Of a DNA stretch of 64,000 bases, positions 1 through 9,022 are shown piece by piece (position 1 is the stretch's first letter; every line of letters starts with the position of its first letter). The notes below the pieces were generated by a model. The model searched no databases, was not told the DNA's origin, and saw only the letters and a list, made by a program, of their open reading frames with translations. The DNA lies in IMG/VR virus record IMGVR_UViG_3300022932_000018, positions 3,578 to 67,577 of that record; one strand, written 5' to 3'. The position numbers were made by a program, and so were the translations under genes. The DNA is from a virus.

Positions 1-193
1 CAATCTCCATGGTGGCGGTTATGCCGACCGCCCGGAGAACATCTGTTGTGAAGCCGATGTACTGGTTGGTGTAGTAGGTCCAGATTATGAAGCCCGGGTC
101 AGGTGTATCGAATACCCGGGCGACGGTCTTGTCCTTGTATTCGCCGGCACGGAAGTGCGACTGCATTGCCATGGTGCGAAGAAGGACTCTCAT
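1..193 (-). CDS. Partial hypothetical protein running off the window edge (MRVLLRTMAMQSHFRAGEYKDKTVARVF...)
   Basis: Read manually. ATG at 193 overlaps the stop of the upstream ORF and the frame is open to position 1. Confidence 0.6.
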   Translation of the reverse strand, partial: MRVLLRTMAMQSHFRAGEYKDKTVARVFDTPDPGFIIWTYYTNQYIGFTTDVLRAVGITATMEI

Positions 194-672
194 TATCCAA
201 ACCTTTTTCTGGCATCTGCCTGGTTGTCGAAAATCTCCTGTACCCAACCTCCGTAGTATCGGCCATTATCCCTCTTTTCAATCTGGTTTTTGGGATTGCG
301 ATTGTTCCAATCCTTTATAGCGTCAGCGAAGTCAATTCCCGTTGCATGACCCATAAAGTGTGCGGGGCTGTGTTCCCCAGTGGCGGCATAGCCTCCCATC
401 CAAAGGTCGTATTGCCGGGGTTCAGGTCCAGCATCTTTGATATGAGCCCAGTGAGTAGGATTGGTGCCTCCTTCGTCCATGAGCTTGCCTGCAGTCCAGC
501 CATCTACTTCTTTGTAGTAGCTGCCATCAGCGTCGGTTTGTACCCGGCCTAGCGCGATAATTTTGCTCCCGGTCCTGTTGTTGACCGAAGCTGGCCAGAA
601 GAACAGCACATCGGTTCCGTCTTTTGGTACTGTGGCAAACGGCTGCCAGTCGAGTTGGTTATTCATGCCCAT
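193..672 (-). CDS. Hypothetical phage protein with DUF551-like N-terminus
   Basis: WQPFATVPKDGT...PTHWAHI motif; tightly packed in the - strand operon. Confidence 0.65.
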   Translation of the reverse strand: MGMNNQLDWQPFATVPKDGTDVLFFWPASVNNRTGSKIIALGRVQTDADGSYYKEVDGWTAGKLMDEGGTNPTHWAHIKDAGPEPRQYDLWMGGYAATGEHSPAHFMGHATGIDFADAIKDWNNRNPKNQIEKRDNGRYYGGWVQEIFDNQADARKRFG

Positions 673-1036
673 TTCTTTTATCGAGTTCCTGGTGAATTTT
701 CTTATTGTGGTCTGCGACGGCCACGATATTGAGAACGCCGACGGCCGCCGTCAAATCAGCTTCAGTACCGTCAATGATTGTCTCATTGAGCGCACATCTG
801 CAGTAGATAGGTTGCTCGTAGCCGAGTTCTTTCATCTTTTTAGATGCGGTTTTCAGCCAATCCGAGGTGCTGATAAACCGTTGCCCTTCGGCGATAACCT
901 CCTTTGTGCATTCGGCCATACACTGGCCAACGTCCTTCCGGAATTGTTCTTCCGTCTTATCCGGATGGAACCAGGTGAACTCGGTTTCGTCACTCCAATC
1001 CCAGGCGCTTGCGCTGAATATTTGTGGGTTGTTCAT
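659..1036 (-). CDS. Hypothetical protein
   Basis: 125-aa ORF coupled to its neighbours. Confidence 0.6.
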   Translation of the reverse strand: MNNPQIFSASAWDWSDETEFTWFHPDKTEEQFRKDVGQCMAECTKEVIAEGQRFISTSDWLKTASKKMKELGYEQPIYCRCALNETIIDGTEADLTAAVGVLNIVAVADHNKKIHQELDKRNGHE

Positions 1037-1038
1037 GC

Positions 1039-1341
1039 TTATCGAATAAAAGAAGCCTTTTGGCCACAGTGAAAGTTGTAGAAGCTGGTGCTGTCGACGT
1101 TGACCTCGTAGGTGTCGTAACGGTTGGCAATCCAGATGATGAATGTGCTGGCCACATAGTGTGGTTTTGAAGTTGTCCGTGGAACAACAACTACCGGCAC
1201 ATAGGCATACTGGACGCGGCTTGCTGTTTTGTCGCTCATGTGCCCGGCCGTGTACTCCTTCGCTACGATGTACCCTTCAATTTTCTTTTTGCCGCAGGCA
1301 GATAGAAGAATTGCTGCCAAGGCGATTGCTGCGTATTTCAT
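1039..1341 (-). CDS. Putative lipoprotein
   Basis: MKYAAIALAAILLSAC signal peptide with lipobox. Confidence 0.65.
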   Translation of the reverse strand: MKYAAIALAAILLSACGKKKIEGYIVAKEYTAGHMSDKTASRVQYAYVPVVVVPRTTSKPHYVASTFIIWIANRYDTYEVNVDSTSFYNFHCGQKASFIR

Positions 1342-1363
1342 GGATGCAATGTTTTTGAGTTCC

Positions 1364-2191
1364 TCATTTTAAAAAACTAAGTAGCGAAATTTCTCCGGAC
1401 AAAACTTTATCCGCCCGGCTGTCAATAATGTCGTCAAACTTTGATTGGCAAAGTGCACCACATTCAGGAATTATTATTTCAGTGTCGCGGCCAGCTGTTG
1501 GCGATAGTTCATCCAGGAAGGTGCCATTGATGCAGCTGTGGCCGGCGGCTCTTTCTGCCGTAGCCATATTCTTGAAGTGCTGGGGAAAGTCCGTTCTGAT
1601 TTTATTCCAATATCCTTTGCCTCCTTTGGTACATCCAATGCAATTATTATTGTTGTAGCCGAGGCCATACATGGCCGGGATTTCAATTCCTGCAGTCTGA
1701 ATGATACCGGCGCACTCATTCTTGTCAAGCTGATTTTCTATGAGCGGGAATACTGGACGTGTATCAGGGAACTCCTGCAGGAAGCGGATAGCGCGGTTGA
1801 CCTGGCGTGTTTCACACTCAAATCCCCAAACCTGATAGGCAGATGGGAACAGCATTTCCACAGTACGCCTTACCTTCTTTTTCAGTTCCTCCGTACACCT
1901 GGCACCGTCCGGGCCATTAACGTAGCCAGTATCTTCAATGACTTCAAACTGGTCTTTGTAAATTCTGTTTTGGAACTGCTTTATCTCCTGTCCATACCAT
2001 CTCTCACAGTCTGCTTTGAATCGTAGAGTATCTGGATGGTGACTGTTGATATGGATGTAGCATAGCTCTACTTTTTTGAACATCTTCAGTGCAAGCCAGC
2101 ATGCAACAGCGGATGTTATTCCACCACTCCACCAAGCAATTACAGGCTTGTCAGTGACGACCTGTTCATTTTTGTAGTCTGGGAAAAGCAT
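1364..2191 (-). CDS. PAPS-reductase-like PP-loop protein with Cys cluster
   Basis: WWSGGITS PP-loop, CTEELKK and NNCIGCTKGG motifs. Confidence 0.75.
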   Translation of the reverse strand: MLFPDYKNEQVVTDKPVIAWWSGGITSAVACWLALKMFKKVELCYIHINSHHPDTLRFKADCERWYGQEIKQFQNRIYKDQFEVIEDTGYVNGPDGARCTEELKKKVRRTVEMLFPSAYQVWGFECETRQVNRAIRFLQEFPDTRPVFPLIENQLDKNECAGIIQTAGIEIPAMYGLGYNNNNCIGCTKGGKGYWNKIRTDFPQHFKNMATAERAAGHSCINGTFLDELSPTAGRDTEIIIPECGALCQSKFDDIIDSRADKVLSGEISLLSFLK

Positions 2192-2199
2192 GATGCAAG

Positions 2200-2307
2200 A
2201 ATCCCTGCTCAGGTTTGGCAGGCAGGCCTCCCCCGAGCAGGGATTAAAAATGAGTTATGAATGGACTGCCTTCCTTTCACCCGGTCCTTCCGGTGGTTGC
2301 AAAGATA
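2200..2307 (-). promoter_or_regulatory. Host-type promoter plus three-hairpin kissing-loop leader (copy A)
   Basis: TATCTTTG at 2307-2300. Hairpins at 2281-2293, ~2263-2274 and 2200-2245; loops AGGCAG/CTGCCT are complementary. Confidence 0.7.
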
Positions 2308-2500
2308 CGCAAGGTCTGGAATAAACAACAACTCCGGTACCTTTTTTCTTTACCAGCCATGGCCGTATCTCGGACAGAGTTTTGCCTATCATCCATGCGA
2401 CAATTGGTGGCGCCAGTGTTACTTTGGAATCTACTGTAACCAGGGCGAAACATGCATAGCCAATGTCAATCCAGAACAGTTGTTCCACTTGCCGGGGCAT
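2255..2500 (-). CDS. Hypothetical protein
   Basis: 81-aa ORF; its 3' end overlaps the regulatory leader. Confidence 0.45.
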   Translation of the reverse strand: MPRQVEQLFWIDIGYACFALVTVDSKVTLAPPIVAWMIGKTLSEIRPWLVKKKGTGVVVYSRPCVSLQPPEGPGERKAVHS

Positions 2501-2512
2501 TTTCCCTTCGGC

Positions 2513-2806
2513 TTATGAAAACGAACGAACGATTGCGTGAAAGATTCGGTGAGTTGCCTGGTATTCCTCGGGCATTTCTATAAAGTTTTGGATTGAAGTC
2601 CGGCCGTTCATTGCAGCTTCTATCTTTCTTTGATGATTGTGTACGGCATTTGCTCCAAGGGTTTTGTCGCTGAGCAGGAGTGATACCATTTCGGGAGTAA
2701 ATTTGGAGTTACCAACTGATTGGTAGCCGAAGGTTTCTACCCATTTGTCAATTGCCGCAGTAGCTACTTTTGAGATCGTGAGGATAAGCAGGGTGTCTTG
2801 TATCAT
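2513..2806 (-). CDS. Hypothetical protein
   Basis: ATGA-type overlap with the upstream ORF. Confidence 0.55.
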   Translation of the reverse strand: MIQDTLLILTISKVATAAIDKWVETFGYQSVGNSKFTPEMVSLLLSDKTLGANAVHNHQRKIEAAMNGRTSIQNFIEMPEEYQATHRIFHAIVRSFS

Positions 2807-3084
2807 TTGCTATACCGGCTGCCTATACGCCGGAAGGTTTTGGGGTTTAATCTGATTGCTGATTTAAGAAGGAATATTGGTCCGCCGAGGCCTGGTGTAT
2901 TCGGCCGATTTTCAGTGAGAATTTTCAACGCCTGCTTGATAAGTTCGTCTTTTTGTGAAAGAAGGCCCTCTGCTATTTTCGTACAAGACTTGACAGCCTG
3001 GTCAGTTTCAAAATCGGCCTCGTCGCCTTTGGGTCCAAAACATTCATTTATCGCAGTGCACATTTTCTTTTCAATGCTGTTCAT
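2803..3084 (-). CDS. Hypothetical protein
   Basis: 93-aa ORF in the operon. Confidence 0.55.
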   Translation of the reverse strand: MNSIEKKMCTAINECFGPKGDEADFETDQAVKSCTKIAEGLLSQKDELIKQALKILTENRPNTPGLGGPIFLLKSAIRLNPKTFRRIGSRYSK

Positions 3085-3097
3085 CGTATCGTTTTTT

Positions 3098-3445
3098 TCA
3101 GTAAAAAATAACTCGTATGAGTAGTCCTTTCTTTCTTGCTTTTTTAATCATGTCGCCGGTGCCGGTACTGAACTCGTCCCAAAAGGCAATCAGGGCGTCG
3201 GCATTGTCAGCCATCTGCTGGTTCCTCACCGGTCCGCCGGCTTTGCCAAGACCTTTGATATACGGATAAACTACTACTGGATATCCGCGCTCATTCGCAT
3301 ATTCCTCACCCAGCTTGTCGGCGCCAACACAGCCACCTGATACGATGGTGATAGGCGTTCTAACTTTTGCCAGGATGTTGTCGCACTTTTCGCAGAGCAG
3401 GGGATAGTCGTTAAATGTCCTGCCGCCGGCTATGATTACTCGCAT
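3098..3445 (-). CDS. YspA/DUF2493-like SLOG-family protein
   Basis: MRVIIAGGR, IVSGGCVGAD, AGGPVRNQQM and AFWD..STGT motifs. Confidence 0.85.
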   Translation of the reverse strand: MRVIIAGGRTFNDYPLLCEKCDNILAKVRTPITIVSGGCVGADKLGEEYANERGYPVVVYPYIKGLGKAGGPVRNQQMADNADALIAFWDEFSTGTGDMIKKARKKGLLIRVIFY

Positions 3446-3992
3446 GGTTGTTCTTGTAGTTTGCTAGTCGTTGCTTTGCGTCCGTCAGTTTGTAAGCGAG
3501 GTTGGCGGCCAGGTGCTGCCACTTCTCTGCAGTTGCGTTTGGCGCCTTGAACATCTTTGATGTTTTTATCACCTCGAATACAATGCCCCACTGTGTGAGC
3601 TTAGTGTATATCAGACCTAATCCGGGCGGCACTTCATCAGCTTTTATCAGCCCCTCCGGTACCACGAAATAGAACCTGTTGCAGCGCTCATTGCAAACAA
3701 TCATGTCGTGTTTGGTGCGTGGTTCGTAAACGGCCCCTTCATAGGTGTAGGTGGCAAAGACTTTCTTCTCTATTCGGTCCGTTTTTACGAGTGTTTCCTT
3801 TTTGAAATCATTTTTGAAGTCGGCCCGGCTGATCTTGATTTCGTATTCGCTGTACTGGCCGGACTTTGAAACCTTGAGCACGTCGCATTCAAAGTGGCCC
3901 AGGAAGTAGTTGGGCACGATGATGTCCGTCGGGTTGGTCCGGATGTTCTTCATCAGCGCCAGCTGGATTGCAGAGCTATTTAGCTTGGTCAT
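3411..3992 (-). CDS. MmcB-like PD-(D/E)XK nuclease-fold protein
   Basis: ECDVL...EYEIKISRADFKNDFKK...CNRFYFVVP motifs; likely start is ATG 3992. Confidence 0.7.
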   Translation of the reverse strand: MTKLNSSAIQLALMKNIRTNPTDIIVPNYFLGHFECDVLKVSKSGQYSEYEIKISRADFKNDFKKETLVKTDRIEKKVFATYTYEGAVYEPRTKHDMIVCNERCNRFYFVVPEGLIKADEVPPGLGLIYTKLTQWGIVFEVIKTSKMFKAPNATAEKWQHLAANLAYKLTDAKQRLANYKNNHASNHSRRQDI

Positions 3993-4131
3993 TACGATAG
4001 TCTTTAGCGAAAACCTGCTTCTCCACAATCTGCATGCGCTTGCGGAGCCGGGTGCTGCGGGATGTGTTGTCCTTTATCTTCTTCTCGGCTTCGTTCAAGT
4101 TGTGCATGAGGTCATATCTTATTGATTACGT

Positions 4132-4416
4132 TTATTCTCGTATTTCCTTTTCTTTCTCGTATTCTCCTACAGTTAGGTAGGTTACTCCAGAGGTCGCTAA
4201 CTGATTAATATTTCCAGTAATTAACCCATTGCTGTTTTGCAGCCATTCTGGAACAGCATGTTCACCGAGTTTTGTCAGCATTATTACTCCATATATTTCC
4301 TTAACCGAATAGACATAGCCCTTTTCGAGAACGTCTCCAAGGTCTCTGCCCACTATTACTCCTGAAAAGTCGCGTAGGTTAGTTATTCTACAAATTTTTG
4401 GTTTTTTTTCTGACAT
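4132..4416 (-). CDS. Hypothetical protein
   Basis: 94-aa, visibly AT-rich ORF. Confidence 0.55.
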   Translation of the reverse strand: MSEKKPKICRITNLRDFSGVIVGRDLGDVLEKGYVYSVKEIYGVIMLTKLGEHAVPEWLQNSNGLITGNINQLATSGVTYLTVGEYEKEKEIRE

Positions 4417-4438
4417 GATTTTCCTGATTTATGTGAGT

Positions 4439-5068
4439 TTATTTTCTTCCGTAGTCTGCCGGGTTTTCACCGAAATTCTTGGTGTCCCAATTCAAAATAC
4501 GGTTTGGATAGCTGTTGTTCTTCAACCATTCCTCTGCCTCTTGCAACCTGGTCAGCACATCCACATTCTCCGGTATATGCTCCAGTCTTGTCTTTGCTCT
4601 TTTGTTTCTGACCCACGCCCTTGCCGTAGTTCTGTCACTGTAAATCGGGCAACCTATTCCGTAATCGTGGCAGTGTTTCAGTGCATCTACTATGCCTAAA
4701 AATTCCGCGATGTTGTTTGTGCCGCCCGGGCAAATATCGGTTTCCAGTATCATCCTTTCATCGGGCATCGTGATAGCCTGCCATTCCATTTCATGCCTCT
4801 TGCTCGAGTAAGCGCCATCAACTACGATGCAGGGGTACTCAATGTAGGCATTCATCTGCGACCTCACACTCCTAGTTGCCGGCGGCTTTTTCTGAATCCT
4901 GAATGGGGCTCCTGCGAATGCTAGTTCGGCCTGATGCTTGTTTGGATAGGATTTGAACTTGGCGCCTTTGAAACCATCAACCAGTGTTTTGCAGATTGCC
5001 CAGCTGTCAAAGACTCCTGTTCTTCGGCCTTGCCAGACGACGTAGAACTTTTTTTGTTTTTGCTTCAT
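4439..5068 (-). CDS. rnhA: Ribonuclease H1 with N-terminal hybrid-binding (viroplasmin-like) domain
   Basis: KFYVVWQGRRTGVFDSW N-domain; VDGA, TNNIAEFLG, YSD and GENPADYGRK catalytic motifs of Bacteroidota-type RNase HI. Confidence 0.9.
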   Translation of the reverse strand: MKQKQKKFYVVWQGRRTGVFDSWAICKTLVDGFKGAKFKSYPNKHQAELAFAGAPFRIQKKPPATRSVRSQMNAYIEYPCIVVDGAYSSKRHEMEWQAITMPDERMILETDICPGGTNNIAEFLGIVDALKHCHDYGIGCPIYSDRTTARAWVRNKRAKTRLEHIPENVDVLTRLQEAEEWLKNNSYPNRILNWDTKNFGENPADYGRK

Positions 5069-5454
5069 TATACTTAATATACTATAAAGGTTATTACTTA
5101 AACATAGAATAGCAAACGGAGAGCGGAAGGGAGAGGCGTAGGTTTGCCATCCTCAATCAAACAAATGATCAAGGATGGAACGACGATGAACAGCACTACG
5201 TTTTCACGTTTAGTCTTCAACGTACACAAGTCAGCATTTAGGTGCTTGTGCGTGGGAACAACTTTACGAACTCTAAACAATCCGTCAGTTCTGGCTTCTC
5301 CCTTTGTTCTGCCATTGAGGTGTGAACTGAATCCCTCGGTCCCTCGACTCCTGACACTTACGCCCCGCGTTGTTACTCCCCGCCGGCATTTGATGTAGAA
5401 ACATCAGTTCAATAAGTGCGAGCAATCCAAACGTCACCGGGCCAAATAGAAAAA

Positions 5455-5594
5455 CCCGTAGACCTTGGAGGGCATCTACGGGCAGTTTCAGAAAAATCGC
5501 GGTCGTGCAACCAATACTGTTAATCTGAACGTGCATTCAGACCTCCAAGTATGAATTGCACTGTAAAGCTACAACTCTTTTCCAAACCACCAAA
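5455..5594 (-). promoter_or_regulatory. Leftward promoter (TTTG-N19-TAGCTTTA) plus kissing-loop/terminator-like leader (copy C)
   Basis: -33 at 5594-5591 and -7 at 5571-5564. Hairpin 5531-5561 has a loop complementary over 8 nt to the loop of hairpin 5455-5482, which is followed by a U-run on the - strand. Confidence 0.65.
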
Positions 5595-5635
5595 TATTTT
5601 TTCTAATTTTACCTCGATACCAAAAATCACATCAA

Positions 5636-5935
5636 ATGAAATTCAAGACAAAGCCGGTAGAACTTGAGGCTATCCAGTGGACGGGCGAGAACTGGCCTGA
5701 CGTACAGCGAGAGTTCATGCACGAAGACCGGCTGGTGTACGATGGCCGGCTATGGATTCGCGAAATCAGCGCCAGGGTTATGCGGAATGAAGAAGTCAAT
5801 GTCGACGACTATCTGTTCTACGACGAACGCCAGCAGCTGTGCCGCGCGTCCCTTCACGGCATACGGAGCAAATACGATCTGCAGACTGCCTTGGTTGCAT
5901 CTGAACAACCAGAGGATATAACTGAAGTCGAGTGA
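5636..5935 (+). CDS. Hypothetical phage protein
   Basis: MKFKTKPVELEAIQWTGEN N-terminus is typical of a widespread phage family; TAATTTTA promoter-like box at ~5604. Confidence 0.7.
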   Translation: MKFKTKPVELEAIQWTGENWPDVQREFMHEDRLVYDGRLWIREISARVMRNEEVNVDDYLFYDERQQLCRASLHGIRSKYDLQTALVASEQPEDITEVE

Positions 5936-6177
5936 AGTGCCCGGAAACGGGAAAGACCAGGTTTGATAGAAAGCGCGATGCGCAGACGTTCATCAATACC
6001 CGGCCTCCTGAGCCCGTCCTGCGCATTTACCGTTGCCCTTCGTGCCAGACTTACCATGTAACGAAGAAGCATAAGCCAGAAGCCGTGCCTCGTATATTCC
6101 GCAATTACCAACTACAACATGCTGGGGAGTTCGCAAGATTCCTGGCAGAAAACAATCAAGATGGCGAAAGAAATTAA
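5932..6177 (+). CDS. Small Zn-finger-like protein
   Basis: C..TGK.RF...YRCPSCQTYHVT motif; GTG start overlaps the upstream stop. Confidence 0.65.
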   Translation: MKCPETGKTRFDRKRDAQTFINTRPPEPVLRIYRCPSCQTYHVTKKHKPEAVPRIFRNYQLQHAGEFARFLAENNQDGERN

Positions 6178-6748
6178 AGGCCAGATTTGGAAAGGCAAAT
6201 GCACTGCCATGGCCATAGACCCGTACTATGGCGGGGAAATGATGAAGATGTGGAAGCAGTTAAAAGAGCTGGTTCCATCAACTGTGAGTAGCATGGTTGA
6301 CCTCGACAAATACTTTCGCTACCTGGCTCTTTGTTTCGACCCGCACAGCCCGTTGGTGAAGGAGGTAGAGGAGTTGAAACGCCGGCGTAACATGGCTAAA
6401 AAAGAAGTCGGTTTTGTGGGCGAAGGTGATGTCTTGATTGAAATAAATTTCCTGAAGTTCACTCGCAGCCGACTATGGCAATTGATTTCGGTAAACGAGA
6501 TACTGTTCGATTCTCACATGGAACAACTGCTCACTCCTATCAGCGGCGACACAGAAGAAGAAAAGCTGAAGTGTGCTGAGAAGCAAGGGAAGCTACGTGT
6601 AGAGATGGCAAAAATAAACGAAGACATAACCAAGTATCGCCGGCAGATGTTTGAGGGTGATGTTGTTCTTGACGAGGCTGCCACAGTAATGCCGGTAGAT
6701 GCAGAGTCCATGGTTCGTTGGAACAAAGCGAACCGCGTAGAGGAATAG
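6161..6748 (+). CDS. Putative terminase small subunit / hypothetical
   Basis: Immediately upstream of TerL; helical; likely start is ATG 6161. Confidence 0.45.
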   Translation: MAKEIKGQIWKGKCTAMAIDPYYGGEMMKMWKQLKELVPSTVSSMVDLDKYFRYLALCFDPHSPLVKEVEELKRRRNMAKKEVGFVGEGDVLIEINFLKFTRSRLWQLISVNEILFDSHMEQLLTPISGDTEEEKLKCAEKQGKLRVEMAKINEDITKYRRQMFEGDVVLDEAATVMPVDAESMVRWNKANRVEE

Positions 6749-6756
6749 TATATTTG
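6749..6756 (+). promoter_or_regulatory. Bacteroidota -7 promoter box upstream of terL
   Basis: TATATTTG matches TAnnTTTG. Confidence 0.5.
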
Positions 6757-6765
6757 CACTGAACT

Positions 6766-8973
6766 ATGTTTAGCCCAATAACTGTTGAAAAAGCGCGTGG
6801 CCAGGTCATAAACGTCCAGGGATTGGAATGTCATTTGCCTGCACGCGGATGGATATGGAACCCTTTTATCGGCAACAAGCGTGCTGATGGGAGTTTTGAA
6901 GGGGACTGGTATCGCGCTCAACACCCAAGTGTCCGGGGTGAAGGGACTACTGCAGGCGTATTCCGTCGGAGTACGGCAGAGTCAGAGAACTACTGGCAGC
7001 CAGATAGCCGGCTCTGGCTAAAGCAAAAGGACACTTTTGTTGAGGGCGAGTATTGGCGTTGGGAGCGGTGGGAGAAACAGCAGGAAGAAGAAAGAAAGAA
7101 AAAGCCCGATTACGAGCACCCAGAACTCCGGAAGTTCCACGAAACATTTGCCGGTAAGCCTGCACGCATTCAGACCTATGCAGACCTTGTGGCTTTCAAG
7201 ACCGAGATGTGGCTCTACCGTCTATCTGGATTCTGGTTTTCGAATAAAGGAGAAGCTACTTATATCACTGGTGCATACTGGTACTTCCTTTCTGTGTATC
7301 AGATGGATGTTGGCCTCCCCAAATACAAAGAGATTGACCGGGATTATTTCTACTTCTGGCAGTATTGCCTGGAAGACCCGTTGTGCTATGGCATGATTGA
7401 AATGACGCGCCGACGTCTTGGTAAAAGTTATCGTTGTGGCGCCATCGGTCTGGAAATGACATCGCGTAATGACCAGTTCAATATGGGCATCCAGTCGAAG
7501 TCGGATGAAGATGCGAAGAAAGCATTTAAGAAAACGGTAGTATCTCCATTCAGGAAGTTGCCGGCATTCTTTCAGCCGTTGTCGGACATCCCGCCATCCG
7601 GCAAGTCACCGACGTCAGCGCTCAAATTCCAGACCGGTAAAATGAGCACTGACGAAGACGAGCTGGAAAGCATGATCGACTTTGGCTCGTCCAGTACCGA
7701 CTACTACGATGGTCAAAAACTGGGCTTCTACTACCACGATGAAATCGGTAAGACTAAGCTGGTTGACGTGTTCGAGAGGTGGGACACAGTGAAGATGTGT
7801 TTGGTGGATGACCGTTCAAGAATAATAGGCAAGTCCATAAATACCACTACGGTGGAAGATATGGATAAGGGTGGTAAGCCGTTCCTTAAAATGTGGAAGG
7901 GGAGTGACCACAATAATCGCGGCGTAAACCGTGATGGCCGTCCGAATAAACAAACCAAGACAGGTCTTTACAGATTCTTCACACCAGCACAAAATACAAT
8001 CTTCATTGACAAGTGGGGCAGGCATGATCCGGTAAAAGGACTGCAGAAGATTGCTGATGATATTGATGCTCTCGATGGTGACCAGCGTGCAATTTCTCGC
8101 TACAAGCACAAGATGCCGACGTGTGAACGCGATGCCTTCCAGGCGGATGCTGACACCTGCGTAATGAGCCAGCCGGTCAAGATAAATGAAAGACTGACTG
8201 AGCTTACCTTATTGCAGACTCCTGTGTACCGTGTTGGCAATTTCCGGTGGAAAGACGGAGTCGTAGATAGCGAGGTTGAGTTTGTTGAAATGAACAACGG
8301 CAAGTTCATGGTGTGCGAACTTCCTATACCTGACCGGCGGAATAAGTTCCGCATGCGAAACCGCTCCAAGTGGCCTGACAATACGGATATGTACCTTGCG
8401 GGTATTGACCCCTTCGACTTCGCGCTGGTAAAAGCGGAGGACGAAAAGAAAATGTCAAAGGGTTCGCTCTGCATAAAGCGTCTTCCTCACCCAGCGCATG
8501 ATTCTAATTTTGAGAATGGCCCTGTTTGTCTTTATCTGAACCGTCCAAGCAATCCAGAAATATTTTATGAAGACTGCCTGATGGCCCTGTTCTTCTATGG
8601 CGCAATGTCGCTTACGGAAAACAACAAGGCAAACATATTCAACTACTTTGAAGACCGAGGCTACATTGAATACATGGCCTGGTACAAGGGGGAGCGCCGT
8701 GGTGTAACGAACACCGCGAACTCCCGAGGTGGTGGGGTCAATGGGCACATTGCTGCTATTACTGACGTATTTTTGTGCAATCACCTAGAAACAGTTGTCT
8801 TCCCCATTTTGCTTGAGCAGTGGTTGGCGTTCAACCCGCAAGCAACGACAGAATATGATGCTGCCATGGCGTTCGGGTATGCAGAAATGCTTGTAAAAGA
8901 CCCAAAGTTTAAGCCGGCAGACCCATCAAAGAGCCTTCCAAAAATCAGTGATTTTATAAGCTGGTACAAATAA
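6766..8973 (+). CDS. terL: Terminase large subunit
   Basis: Walker A RRLGKS, Walker B YYHDEIGK, nuclease AGIDPFD and C-terminal YDAAMA; crAss-like Y.TG..Y..L N-region. Confidence 0.92.
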   Translation: MFSPITVEKARGQVINVQGLECHLPARGWIWNPFIGNKRADGSFEGDWYRAQHPSVRGEGTTAGVFRRSTAESENYWQPDSRLWLKQKDTFVEGEYWRWERWEKQQEEERKKKPDYEHPELRKFHETFAGKPARIQTYADLVAFKTEMWLYRLSGFWFSNKGEATYITGAYWYFLSVYQMDVGLPKYKEIDRDYFYFWQYCLEDPLCYGMIEMTRRRLGKSYRCGAIGLEMTSRNDQFNMGIQSKSDEDAKKAFKKTVVSPFRKLPAFFQPLSDIPPSGKSPTSALKFQTGKMSTDEDELESMIDFGSSSTDYYDGQKLGFYYHDEIGKTKLVDVFERWDTVKMCLVDDRSRIIGKSINTTTVEDMDKGGKPFLKMWKGSDHNNRGVNRDGRPNKQTKTGLYRFFTPAQNTIFIDKWGRHDPVKGLQKIADDIDALDGDQRAISRYKHKMPTCERDAFQADADTCVMSQPVKINERLTELTLLQTPVYRVGNFRWKDGVVDSEVEFVEMNNGKFMVCELPIPDRRNKFRMRNRSKWPDNTDMYLAGIDPFDFALVKAEDEKKMSKGSLCIKRLPHPAHDSNFENGPVCLYLNRPSNPEIFYEDCLMALFFYGAMSLTENNKANIFNYFEDRGYIEYMAWYKGERRGVTNTANSRGGGVNGHIAAITDVFLCNHLETVVFPILLEQWLAFNPQATTEYDAAMAFGYAEMLVKDPKFKPADPSKSLPKISDFISWYK

Positions 8974-9022
8974 TCCGACTCCGACCGTAATATATTCCAA
9001 TCCATAACCGGTACAAGATTCC

